Part shown: piece after piece, positions 54,443 through 62,963 of the stretch
Layout: each line of letters starts with the position of its first letter
Position numbering within the stretch: the first letter of the stretch is position 1
NCBI GenBank assembly: GCA_039796695.1
Contig: JBDKJF010000015.1
Location: forward strand, 1,144 to 65,143
Source: Bacteroidota bacterium
GTDB lineage: Bacteria > Bacteroidota > Bacteroidia > Chitinophagales > Chitinophagaceae
Reading direction: 5' to 3'
DNA: 64,000 bases
Program-made: the position numbers and the translations under genes
The notes under the pieces: model-generated
The model's input: the letters and a program-made list of their open reading frames with translations, nothing else
The model's database searches: none
What the model was told of the DNA's origin: nothing

Positions 54443-55657
54443 CTACCGCTGACTTGCAATTAACAAATTCAAATCGGTATACTTTAAATCAAAGCGCTGG
54501 CTAAGATAGAAATTAGTTAATGCACCTTTAAACATATAAATGCCACTGCGAAGGTGCAGCTTGTGCCACACTAATTTTTCAAACCCGCCCTCTTCACCTG
54601 CTTCTAATAATAATGGCATCAATACATTACTAATAGCTTGCGAGGCCGTGCGGGAAAATCCAGAAGGAATATTGGGTACACAATAATGTATCACCCCATA
54701 TTTCATAAAAATAGGGTGCTCATGACTGGTAATTTCAGATGTTTCAAAACAACCACCTCTATCAATACTTACATCAATAATAACCGAACCTGGTCGCATA
54801 TTACTTACCATTTCTTCCGTAACCACCATTGGTGTACGGCCTGTTTCGCTGCCCAACGCACCCACCGCCACCTCGCAGGTTTTTAGTTGCTTGGCCAGTA
54901 GGCGGGGCTCTATTACCGAGGTCCACATTCGCTGGCCCACATTGGTTTGTAATCTTTTTAGGCGGTACACACTATTATCAAATACTTTTACCGATGCACC
55001 CAATGCCAGTGCCGCCCTAGCGGCATACTCCCCCACTATACCTGCACCAATAATAATAACTTTTGTGGGGGCAATGCCTGATACTCCTCCTAACAATACT
55101 CCTTTACCATGATTGGCCGAGCCAAGATATTGTGCCGCTATCAGCATTACCGCACTTCCTGCTATCTCACTCATGCTACGTACAATGGGGTAGCTGTCGC
55201 TATCATCTTTTAAATTCTCAAATGAAATAGCGGTTATTCGTTTCTCCATCATCTTCTCCAATATCTCTGCTTTTAATACGGACAAATGAATTGGAGAAAT
55301 AATAATTTGATTTAACTGCAGTAGTGGTAAATCTTCATCAATAATGGGTGCACTCTTTACCAGTATCGGAGCTTTAAATACATCTTCTCTTGAATATACA
55401 ATTTTGGCGCCTGCTTCACTGTAGTCTTTATCTCGAAAATGCGATGCCTCACCGGCATTATGCTCAATCATTACTTGGTGGCCATTACTAACCAATACAC
55501 TTACCGCATCCGGCGTTAAGGCTATCCGGTTTTCCTGAAAGGCAATTTCTTTTGGAATGCCAATCATCATGCCTTCGGCTTTAGGTTTTATATCCAGCGT
55601 TTCTTCTAATGTTTCGTAGCTGAAAGATGTACTGATTATCGGTTTCTGCTGGCTCAT
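54443..55657 (-). CDS. ald: alanine dehydrogenase-like (AlaDH/PNT family) protein
   Basis: Has the AlaDH/PNT N-domain (KEIAFQENRIALTPD) and an NAD-binding VIIIGAGIVGEYAARAALALGASVKVFD. Confidence 0.8.
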   Translation of the reverse strand: MSQQKPIISTSFSYETLEETLDIKPKAEGMMIGIPKEIAFQENRIALTPDAVSVLVSNGHQVMIEHNAGEASHFRDKDYSEAGAKIVYSREDVFKAPILVKSAPIIDEDLPLLQLNQIIISPIHLSVLKAEILEKMMEKRITAISFENLKDDSDSYPIVRSMSEIAGSAVMLIAAQYLGSANHGKGVLLGGVSGIAPTKVIIIGAGIVGEYAARAALALGASVKVFDNSVYRLKRLQTNVGQRMWTSVIEPRLLAKQLKTCEVAVGALGSETGRTPMVVTEEMVSNMRPGSVIIDVSIDRGGCFETSEITSHEHPIFMKYGVIHYCVPNIPSGFSRTASQAISNVLMPLLLEAGEEGGFEKLVWHKLHLRSGIYMFKGALTNFYLSQRFDLKYTDLNLLIASQR

Positions 55658-55668
55658 TGTTGGTTACT

Positions 55669-55699
55669 GCCTCCCTAAATCCCTCCGAAGGAGGGATTT
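55669..55699. repeat. copy 2 of the ~31-nt palindromic element, 12 nt upstream of the ald start codon
   Basis: The minus strand reads AAATCCCTCCTTCGGAGGGATTTAGGGAGGC, with a hairpin TCCCTCC-TTCG-GGAGGGA. Confidence 0.7.
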
Positions 55700-55939
55700 G
55701 AAGGTCATTTGGTTTTTAAGATTTATTCTTTTTGTTAGTCAACCCCATTGCTATTATCAACTTTCGTTGCGCCGTGCCCCGGCCTTAGACGGGGTCGAAC
55801 TCTTCATCGTTCGGTAATTCTATTCAGCAATATGCAAAGTTCACTTTTTAATCACAAAATCATCCTATCAAATATACTTAATTGAATACACTAATACTAC
55901 TTAATAGTTGTCTTCAAGTCTATAATCCCAACGGGATAT

Positions 55940-56917
55940 TTACACATCCGTCACCACATCAAATCCTTTAAAGCTGCCCACCACTGCCAGGCCTGTTACT
56001 TTTTTGGCAATCGCCTTTTGCTTTAGTTTTCCTGCTATCTGGTTTAGCGTAGAACCGCTGCCTACAGCATCATCTATCAGCAGCACATGGTTATACTTTA
56101 CAGTTTGGCTTACGGCAAAAGTATTTTCGGCGTTGGTAATCCGTTCTTCCAATTTGCTTAATGATTTTTGCGGCACCGGTATTATGCCCGATATTTTTTG
56201 AAGTTTTACCACCGGCAGGTTGACCTTTAAATGTGTTTCCAGGTACTTCATTATCTGCACTTCCCGACGAATGGTAGGTGGTACAAACCCAACGGCTTCA
56301 AATTTTTCTTTCTTCAGCAAGTTTTTCATAGCTGGTTTTATCTCTTCAACAATTTTCCCCATCAGCATTTTATTTTGCCCTTGCTTGGCATAATGCAATA
56401 ACGTACCCAGCCTTGTTTTACCAAACCGTTCAATGGCATAGAAATCCAGGTAATATACTTTATCCAAAAAGATTTTCTCGTACCCTTTTGTATTTGTCAG
56501 TTTATCAGTACCATCTATTATACCATCGCAATAATACGGTTCGTATTTTTTTTTGGTGGTTCTAAATTCTGCAATCGTTTTTTCTAATGGCAGTTTTCGT
56601 TGCCTGCACCAGATAGCAAACCCTTCAATACCTTCTTTCATTTCTCCCATCTCGGTAATTAGTAAAAATTGCTTTTGAAGAAATGCTATCTCATCGGCGG
56701 TAGCCGTACTTATTATTGCAGAAGGTGTTTGTTTATTGTTGAGGCGGTAAATTGTTTTAGGGACTTTTCCCAATTTAAACACTTCCCCATTTTCGAGTAG
56801 TTGATTGATGGCTATATGTACGGCTTGCTTGGAAACCTGTAGCCAATCGGTAATTTCTTTTACAGAAAGCTCTATATGCTCTTGTAAAAGCATTTTTATT
56901 TTATCCTTGATCTTCAT
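55940..56917 (-). CDS. winged-HTH protein fused to a ComF-like phosphoribosyltransferase domain
   Basis: The N-terminal LSVKEITDWLQVSKQAVHIAINQLLENGEV looks like a wHTH. The C-terminal PVPQKSLSKLEERITNAENTFAV...HVLLIDDAVGSGSTLNQIAGKL resembles the ComF/GntX-type PRPP-binding region. Confidence 0.6.
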   Translation of the reverse strand: MKIKDKIKMLLQEHIELSVKEITDWLQVSKQAVHIAINQLLENGEVFKLGKVPKTIYRLNNKQTPSAIISTATADEIAFLQKQFLLITEMGEMKEGIEGFAIWCRQRKLPLEKTIAEFRTTKKKYEPYYCDGIIDGTDKLTNTKGYEKIFLDKVYYLDFYAIERFGKTRLGTLLHYAKQGQNKMLMGKIVEEIKPAMKNLLKKEKFEAVGFVPPTIRREVQIMKYLETHLKVNLPVVKLQKISGIIPVPQKSLSKLEERITNAENTFAVSQTVKYNHVLLIDDAVGSGSTLNQIAGKLKQKAIAKKVTGLAVVGSFKGFDVVTDV

Positions 56918-56926
56918 TTTTCATCT

Positions 56927-56934
56927 CAAAGATA
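56927..56934 (-). promoter_or_regulatory. candidate -7 box (TATCTTTG) for the wHTH-PRTase gene
   Basis: Exact TAnnTTTG match on the minus strand, 9 nt before the ATG at 56917. Confidence 0.4.
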
Positions 56935-56955
56935 AAATAAATTTTACTTTTTACT

Positions 56956-56968
56956 ATTGATAGTCAAC
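56956..56968. promoter_or_regulatory. palindromic site ATTGATAGTCAAC upstream of the wHTH-PRTase gene
   Basis: One of two similar ATTGA-N3-TCAA[CT] sites spaced 36 bp apart. It lies 39 nt upstream of the ATG at 56917. Confidence 0.35.
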
Positions 56969-56991
56969 AGTAAAATATTTATTATTAAAAT

Positions 56992-57004
56992 ATTGATTGT
57001 CAAT
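56992..57004. promoter_or_regulatory. palindromic site ATTGATTGTCAAT upstream of the wHTH-PRTase gene
   Basis: Perfect 5+3+5 inverted repeat and the second copy of the site at 56956. It abuts the tsaE stop codon. Confidence 0.35.
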
Positions 57005-57427
57005 CTATTTTTTCACCGAAAGTGTTCTATCCCCATTCTCCGTAAGCAAAATCTCTACGTTCACCACATCTTCGGGAAAAATACCCGGCGCCTTCTCTGG
57101 CCACTCCACCAGGCAGATATAACCGCTGTATAATGCATCCTCCACACCAGCCCGCTGGGCTTCTTCATCACTATTAAGCCGGTACAAGTCCATGTGAAAT
57201 AATGGCTTCTTTGTTCCCTCGCACAAATATTCATATTCATTAATTATGGAGAAGGTAGGGCTGCCCACCACATCCTTTACCCCTTTAGCCTTGCAAAGAG
57301 CCGTTATAAAAGTAGTTTTGCCGGCACCCATCTGGCCATTAAAAGCAAAAACGCTTTTGCCTTCAACCGCTTTCCAAAATGCGTTTGCCACTTCGTTAAT
57401 ACTATCTAGCGAAAAAATCCATTCCAT
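57005..57427 (-). CDS. tsaE: tRNA threonylcarbamoyladenosine (t6A) biosynthesis ATPase TsaE
   Basis: Contains GQMGAGKTTFITALCK, SPTFSIINEY, HMDLYRL and LVEWPE. I prefer the ATG at 57427 over the TTG at 57433. Confidence 0.85.
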   Translation of the reverse strand: MEWIFSLDSINEVANAFWKAVEGKSVFAFNGQMGAGKTTFITALCKAKGVKDVVGSPTFSIINEYEYLCEGTKKPLFHMDLYRLNSDEEAQRAGVEDALYSGYICLVEWPEKAPGIFPEDVVNVEILLTENGDRTLSVKK

Positions 57428-57430
57428 ACG

Positions 57431-57438
57431 CAAATTTA
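57431..57438 (-). promoter_or_regulatory. candidate -7 box (TAAATTTG) for tsaE
   Basis: Exact TAnnTTTG match on the minus strand, 3 nt before the ATG at 57427. Confidence 0.35.
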
Positions 57439-57447
57439 AGTGCTATA

Positions 57448-57462
57448 TACAACGATGTTGTA
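57448..57462. promoter_or_regulatory. palindrome TACAAC-GAT-GTTGTA between tsaE and the P1B ATPase gene
   Basis: Perfect 6+3+6 inverted repeat in the 89-bp divergent region. Confidence 0.3.
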
Positions 57463-57504
57463 AACATATTTCCATTGTCGCAAAGCCACCCATTTTCTGC
57501 TTTG

Positions 57505-57512
57505 TAATTTTG
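57505..57512 (+). promoter_or_regulatory. candidate -7 box (TAATTTTG) for the P1B ATPase gene
   Basis: Exact TAnnTTTG match, 4 nt before the ATG at 57517. Confidence 0.35.
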
Positions 57513-57516
57513 TGTT

Positions 57517-59667
57517 ATGGAAAAAGTACAATGGAAGGTAGCGGGTATGGACTGCAATACCTGCGCCATCAACATACACAAGTACCTGGAAAAACAGGGT
57601 ATGAAGAATGTAAAAGTAAACTTCGCCACCGGCGATGTGCTTTTTGATACGGATGCAAGCGTGGCCGAAGAAAAACTAAGCAAAGGAATAAATGATCTAG
57701 GCTATAAAGTGGTGGATGCACATAACCATACACACGAACACGACCCTGATGAAATGGGGGGTGGCAAATTTTTAAATACCCATGTAAAGCGATTTTGGTT
57801 TTGCCTGCCTTTTACGGCATTACTAATGCTGCACATGATACCCGGCCTGCACCACAACAAGTATTTTCACTGGTTATCCAATCATTGGGTGCAACTGGCA
57901 TTAACCACTCCCGTTTTTATAGTGGGTATGCTTTTCTTTGGCAAAAGTGCTTGGAAAAGTATGCGCAACAGAATGCCGAATATGAATGTATTAATTACGA
58001 TTGGTGCAAGCGCTGCATTTGTGTATAGCTTGTATGGTTCATTAACTGGTCAAGCTGCCCAGTATATGTTTTATGAAACAGCCGCTACCATTATCACATT
58101 AGTATTTTTGGGCAATTATTTAGAAGAAGCCTCTATTGCCTCTACCCAAAAAGAGTTGAAGAAGTTAGCCAAATCGCAAAAAGTAATGGCCAACATGATT
58201 GCTTTTGATGATGAACATAAAGAACAAATTTTCTCGGTAGAAAACACCCTGCTACATGTGGGCGATTTAATTCTAATTAAAAGCGGTGAGCAAGTGCCCA
58301 TTGATTGTAAAATTTTATGGGGAGATGCGCAAGTAAATGAAGCGATTATTACCGGTGAAAGCGTACCAGTACATAAAGTAGCAAAAGATAAATTAATTGG
58401 CGGTAGTATAATCAGCGATGGTACTGTAAAAGCACAAGTAACCGCCGTGGGTAACGACACTATCCTATCGGGAATTATCAACATGGTGCGGCGGGCACAG
58501 GGCGAAAAACCACCGATGCAATTATTAGCCGATAAAATAAGTGGTATTTTTATACCCGTTGTATTAATTATTGCTGCAGTAACCTTGGTAGGTAACTGGA
58601 TTTATTTGAAAGATTTTACACCTGCCTTAATGCGCAGCATTGCCGTATTAGTAATTGCTTGCCCCTGCGCTATGGGCTTGGCCACACCAGCTGCCATTGC
58701 GGTAGGCCTTGGTCGTGCGGCTAAAACAGGTATTCTTTTTCGCAACGCCACCAGCCTAGAAACTTTTAAAGATATAAAGCAAGTGGTATTTGATAAAACA
58801 GGAACGTTAACGACGGGAAAATTTTCAATTGGTAATTGGCAATTAACACATCCATCTATTAGTTCCGAAGATTTTAAAAAAATGGTATTCTCGATTGAAA
58901 AATATTCCAATCATCCTATAGCTAAATCTATTACCGCCGCATGGAAAACAAAAGATGAAATACGTTGGAAAAAAGTGGAGGAGGTGAAAGGATTGGGTAT
59001 GCAGGCTGAAGATATGGAGGGTAACGCCTATGTTGCTGGATCATATAAAATAGCATCGAAATTAACAACCGAAGCGTATCACAATGTTTACGTTATTCGC
59101 AATGGAGAGTTGCTAGGGTGGATAGATGTAAAAGATGAAATACGACCGGAAGCAAAACCGATAATAAATTACTTACATAGTAAAAACATAAAAACCATTT
59201 TGCTAAGCGGTGATAGTTTGGCAAAATGTAATGAGCTGGCTAATGTACTCGGCATAGATACCGTAATAGCCGAGCAAACGCCAGAACAGAAACTACAAAT
59301 AATTACCCAACTAAGTGCAGCTGCATCTACAGCTATGGTTGGCGATGGTATTAATGATGCCCCAGCATTGGCCAAAGCAACTATCGGTATTTCCATGAAC
59401 GATGCATCGCAGATAGCAGTACAATCGGCACAGGTAGTATTGATGAATCATGGATTAAAAAATTTACCTACTGCATTAGGCCTCGGCAAACATACCCATC
59501 TTACGATCAAACAAAATTTGTTTTGGGCATTTGCCTATAATATTGTTGCGCTGCCCATTGCCGCCTTTGGTTTATTAACCCCTACATTTGGTGCATTGGT
59601 AATGGGCCTTAGCGATGTAGTACTGGCTATTAATTCAGTAAGATTATTTGTAAAAAAAGTAGTGTAA
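57517..59667 (+). CDS. heavy-metal translocating P1B-type ATPase, copper(I)-type signature
   Basis: Has an N-terminal HMA domain (GMDCNTC), the TM6 CPC motif (ACPCAMGLATP), DKTGTLT, SNHP, GDGINDAP and the TM7 N-x6-YN-x4-P motif (NLFWAFAYNIVALP). Confidence 0.85.
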   Translation: MEKVQWKVAGMDCNTCAINIHKYLEKQGMKNVKVNFATGDVLFDTDASVAEEKLSKGINDLGYKVVDAHNHTHEHDPDEMGGGKFLNTHVKRFWFCLPFTALLMLHMIPGLHHNKYFHWLSNHWVQLALTTPVFIVGMLFFGKSAWKSMRNRMPNMNVLITIGASAAFVYSLYGSLTGQAAQYMFYETAATIITLVFLGNYLEEASIASTQKELKKLAKSQKVMANMIAFDDEHKEQIFSVENTLLHVGDLILIKSGEQVPIDCKILWGDAQVNEAIITGESVPVHKVAKDKLIGGSIISDGTVKAQVTAVGNDTILSGIINMVRRAQGEKPPMQLLADKISGIFIPVVLIIAAVTLVGNWIYLKDFTPALMRSIAVLVIACPCAMGLATPAAIAVGLGRAAKTGILFRNATSLETFKDIKQVVFDKTGTLTTGKFSIGNWQLTHPSISSEDFKKMVFSIEKYSNHPIAKSITAAWKTKDEIRWKKVEEVKGLGMQAEDMEGNAYVAGSYKIASKLTTEAYHNVYVIRNGELLGWIDVKDEIRPEAKPIINYLHSKNIKTILLSGDSLAKCNELANVLGIDTVIAEQTPEQKLQIITQLSAAASTAMVGDGINDAPALAKATIGISMNDASQIAVQSAQVVLMNHGLKNLPTALGLGKHTHLTIKQNLFWAFAYNIVALPIAAFGLLTPTFGALVMGLSDVVLAINSVRLFVKKVV

Positions 59668-59733
59668 CTAAAAAGACAACACATTTAACGGTAAATAAAT
59701 TTTTAATAGCTGTTTTAGTATTAATTTAAATGC

Positions 59734-60888
59734 TTGAAGAAATTACTTTTCATAATACTGTTAATACCAGCTATTTTATCAGCACAAAACAACCTTTTGC
59801 TCAATGGTGGTTTTGAAGATGTGAATACCTGTACCGAATATAACTCTGAATGCGGTGTAGAGGGCTGGTTTTATTTGAAAGATGTAAAAGCACAAATGCT
59901 GGATAGCGACAGCAACCATTTAACAGGCCGAAATTCATTCGGAATTTATTTTAATTGGTTAAAATATACTGGCTTCTCTCCGCTTATAGGCAGCCTTTTG
60001 CCATGTGCCTTACAAAAAGGAAAACAATACCAGTTTAAAGGGTTGGTATCGGCAAAGTTGAATGCAAAACTTAATTTTAAAATAGGCGTTTGCTTAGCAG
60101 AAAGGTTTTATGTTCCCAATCGTCCATTCGCAAAAAATATGTTACCGTATAGCATTACAAACCTCCAAGCTATACCGCAAACATCCTACTTTCAATTTTC
60201 TTATGTGTTTACTGCTACCGGAAACGAAAAGTACCTTACGTTTGGCACCTATGTAGAGCAGGATACTGTAGTGGATAAGAAAAAACAACTAACAGGCATT
60301 CAAACCGTATCGGTGCTGCTGGATAATTTTAGCTTAGTGCCGCTTGATGTAAATGAGACGGCATGTGCTGCATTTGAAAGTAATCAACTGCTTATATACA
60401 ATTACAACTTTAGGCATAAGGAAATGGATTATGCGCTTTATGGAAAAGGATTGCTACCCATCACCTTTAACAATAATGATAGCAGTTACATTACAACGCT
60501 AAAAGAACCCACACCAGAAATTGTAAGAGATACTTTAAAACTGGGAGACGTACTATTCGATTTTAATAAAGCCAATCTAAAAAAAGAAGCTAGTACTATT
60601 CTTGGAGCCTATTTTTTAAACAGTAGCATTAATAACCAGCTAATAGATAGTATTTATATTGAAGGCCATACAGATTCCATTGGCTCAGAAAAAAGAAATA
60701 TTGAACTTAGCCTTCAACGTTGCGAAGCGGTACGAAATTGGGTTGAAGTAAACAGAGAAGCCTTGCTTAATAAAATATACATTCATCCTTTTGGCAAGTC
60801 TCGACCAGTGGGCACCAATAGTACCGCAGAAGGCAGGGCATTAAACCGCCGTGTAGAACTTATTATATTTCGTAAAAAAGAAAAGTAG
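59734..60888 (+). CDS. OmpA family protein (secreted, OmpA_C-like peptidoglycan-binding domain)
   Basis: TTG start and a signal peptide (ILSAQ). The C-terminal part reads FDFNKANL...IEGHTDSIGSEKRNIELSLQRCEAVRNWV...GRALNRRVELIIF. Confidence 0.8.
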   Translation: MKKLLFIILLIPAILSAQNNLLLNGGFEDVNTCTEYNSECGVEGWFYLKDVKAQMLDSDSNHLTGRNSFGIYFNWLKYTGFSPLIGSLLPCALQKGKQYQFKGLVSAKLNAKLNFKIGVCLAERFYVPNRPFAKNMLPYSITNLQAIPQTSYFQFSYVFTATGNEKYLTFGTYVEQDTVVDKKKQLTGIQTVSVLLDNFSLVPLDVNETACAAFESNQLLIYNYNFRHKEMDYALYGKGLLPITFNNNDSSYITTLKEPTPEIVRDTLKLGDVLFDFNKANLKKEASTILGAYFLNSSINNQLIDSIYIEGHTDSIGSEKRNIELSLQRCEAVRNWVEVNREALLNKIYIHPFGKSRPVGTNSTAEGRALNRRVELIIFRKKEK

Positions 60889-60903
60889 CGGTAATGCCTT
60901 AAT

Positions 60904-62832
60904 TTGTCCCCGTTAAGAAATATTGCTTTGAGAAACATTCACCAAATATTAAAACAATACTGGGGCTATGATGCTTTTCGCCCGTTGCAGGAAGAAATTA
61001 TTCAAGCCATATTAAAAAGGCAAGATACCTTAGCACTGATGCCAACCGGCGGCGGCAAATCACTCTGCTACCAGGTGCCTGCCATGGCGCAGGATGGTTT
61101 GTGTTTGGTTATCTCACCCCTTATTGCATTAATGAAAGATCAGGTTGAAAACCTGCGTAGGAAAAGTATTACTGCTTTTGCCATTTACTCCGGTATGAGC
61201 CGCAAAGAAGTGATTAATACATTTAAAGTGGCCAGCGAGAGTAATTGTAAGTTTTTGTATGTTTCTCCGGAACGATTAGAAACAAATTTATTTAAAGAAT
61301 ATTTACCCGGGCTTGACATTAATCTAATTGCAATAGACGAAGCACATTGTATTTCCCAATGGGGGTATGATTTTCGTCCGCCTTATTTACGCATTGTTGC
61401 ATTGAGAGAAGAGTTGCCAAACGTTCCTATTTTGGCACTCACTGCATCTGCTACGCCTGATGTACAAAAAGATATTTGCAGTAAACTAGAATTTAAAAAG
61501 GAAAAAATATTCAGGCAATCATTTGAAAGACCTAACCTTTCTTACAGTGTGTTTAAAGTGGAATCAAAAATTAATAAAATAATCGAGATTATAAAAAAAG
61601 TACCTGGTACTTCCATCGTTTATTGCAAAAGCCGCAAGCGCACAAAAGAAATAAGCGACTTACTAAAATTGCAAAACATTTCTGCCGATTTTTATCATGC
61701 CGGATTAATGCAGGATGAAAGAAATAAAAAACAAGAAGCTTGGATAAATAATAAAACAAGAGTGATTGTTTGTACCAATGCCTTTGGGATGGGTATTGAT
61801 AAACCCGATGTAAGAACCGTTATACATGCCGATGTACCCGATTGTTTAGAAAATTATTACCAGGAAGCAGGCCGCGGAGGTAGAGATGGAAAAAAATCGT
61901 ACGCTGTTTTATTATACGACGAACGAAATATGCAAGAGCTAGCTGAAATGGCAACGCTTCGTTTTCCCTCCATAAAAGATATTAAAAATGTGTATCAGGC
62001 AGTAGCCAATTTTTTACAAATGGAAACCGGTACTGGAGAAGGGCAGTGCTATGATTTTGAGTTAACAGATTTCATAAAAAAATTTAAACTAACTAGTTAT
62101 ACCGTCCTATATTCCTTAAAAGCATTAGAGCAGGACGGCTGGCTTTCCTTTAACGAGCAGGTTTTTGTACCAGCAACAGTTCGTTTTACGGTAGGTAAAG
62201 AAGCGCTGTATACATTTGAAAACGAACATCCGCATTTGGAGCCTTGTATAAAAACCCTCTTGCGCTCCTACGAAGGCATATACGACCAACCTACTGCAAT
62301 ATCCGAAAAAACGATAGGTAGGTTAATGTATTTGGAAGTTGATACTATTAAGCAGCATTTGTTAACGCTGCACCGCTATCAAATTATCGATTATCAGCCA
62401 CAAAAAAATTCGCCCCAACTATTTTTCCTTCGCCCCCGAATTAAGGTAGAAGACATTAGAATTGACATGGCTGCTTACAATAAACGCAAAGAGCAATTTT
62501 TAGAAAAGATGAAGCAGATGGTGCAATTTGTACAAGAACAAGCCAATTGTCGTAGCAAAATAATAGGTGTTTATTTCGGCGATGTAGCGATAAAGAATTG
62601 CGGCATTTGTGATAACTGCTTAAAAGAAAAGGCAACCACATTAAATAAAGAAGAGTTTAAACTTATACAACTGCAAATTGTCACTGCATTAAAAAATAAA
62701 CCTATGGATATTAAAACGTTATTGACTGTAATAAAAGGAATAAATAAAGAGAAAATTTGGCAAGTACTTACTTTTTTACAATCTGAAAATAAGGTAGTAG
62801 CCGATGCCGCTGGGATGCTTCGGTTGATTTAA
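60904..62832 (+). CDS. recQ: ATP-dependent DNA helicase, RecQ family
   Basis: Contains YWGYDAFRPLQEEII, MPTGGGKSLCYQ, DEAHCISQWGYDFRP, FGMGIDKPDVR and the Zn-binding cluster CRSK...CGICDNC. The start is uncertain (TTG at 60904; no in-frame ATG before the conserved N-terminus). Confidence 0.9.
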   Translation: MSPLRNIALRNIHQILKQYWGYDAFRPLQEEIIQAILKRQDTLALMPTGGGKSLCYQVPAMAQDGLCLVISPLIALMKDQVENLRRKSITAFAIYSGMSRKEVINTFKVASESNCKFLYVSPERLETNLFKEYLPGLDINLIAIDEAHCISQWGYDFRPPYLRIVALREELPNVPILALTASATPDVQKDICSKLEFKKEKIFRQSFERPNLSYSVFKVESKINKIIEIIKKVPGTSIVYCKSRKRTKEISDLLKLQNISADFYHAGLMQDERNKKQEAWINNKTRVIVCTNAFGMGIDKPDVRTVIHADVPDCLENYYQEAGRGGRDGKKSYAVLLYDERNMQELAEMATLRFPSIKDIKNVYQAVANFLQMETGTGEGQCYDFELTDFIKKFKLTSYTVLYSLKALEQDGWLSFNEQVFVPATVRFTVGKEALYTFENEHPHLEPCIKTLLRSYEGIYDQPTAISEKTIGRLMYLEVDTIKQHLLTLHRYQIIDYQPQKNSPQLFFLRPRIKVEDIRIDMAAYNKRKEQFLEKMKQMVQFVQEQANCRSKIIGVYFGDVAIKNCGICDNCLKEKATTLNKEEFKLIQLQIVTALKNKPMDIKTLLTVIKGINKEKIWQVLTFLQSENKVVADAAGMLRLI

Positions 62833-62963
62833 TTATAAATATTTTTACCATTACCCATTCATTACGATAACAAGATTTTGCGCAAGCAATTAAACCGTAA
62901 GCATACCCTTCTTCAATTTAATTAATAGTGCTATATACGTTACTTAAAAATCAATATTTTCTA

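Noticed and set aside
55775-55815. tRNA-like string GGGGTCGAACTC, which resembles a T-arm
   Set aside because: The flanks give no complementary T-stem, acceptor stem or anticodon arm, so it is not a tRNA or tRNA fragment I can support.
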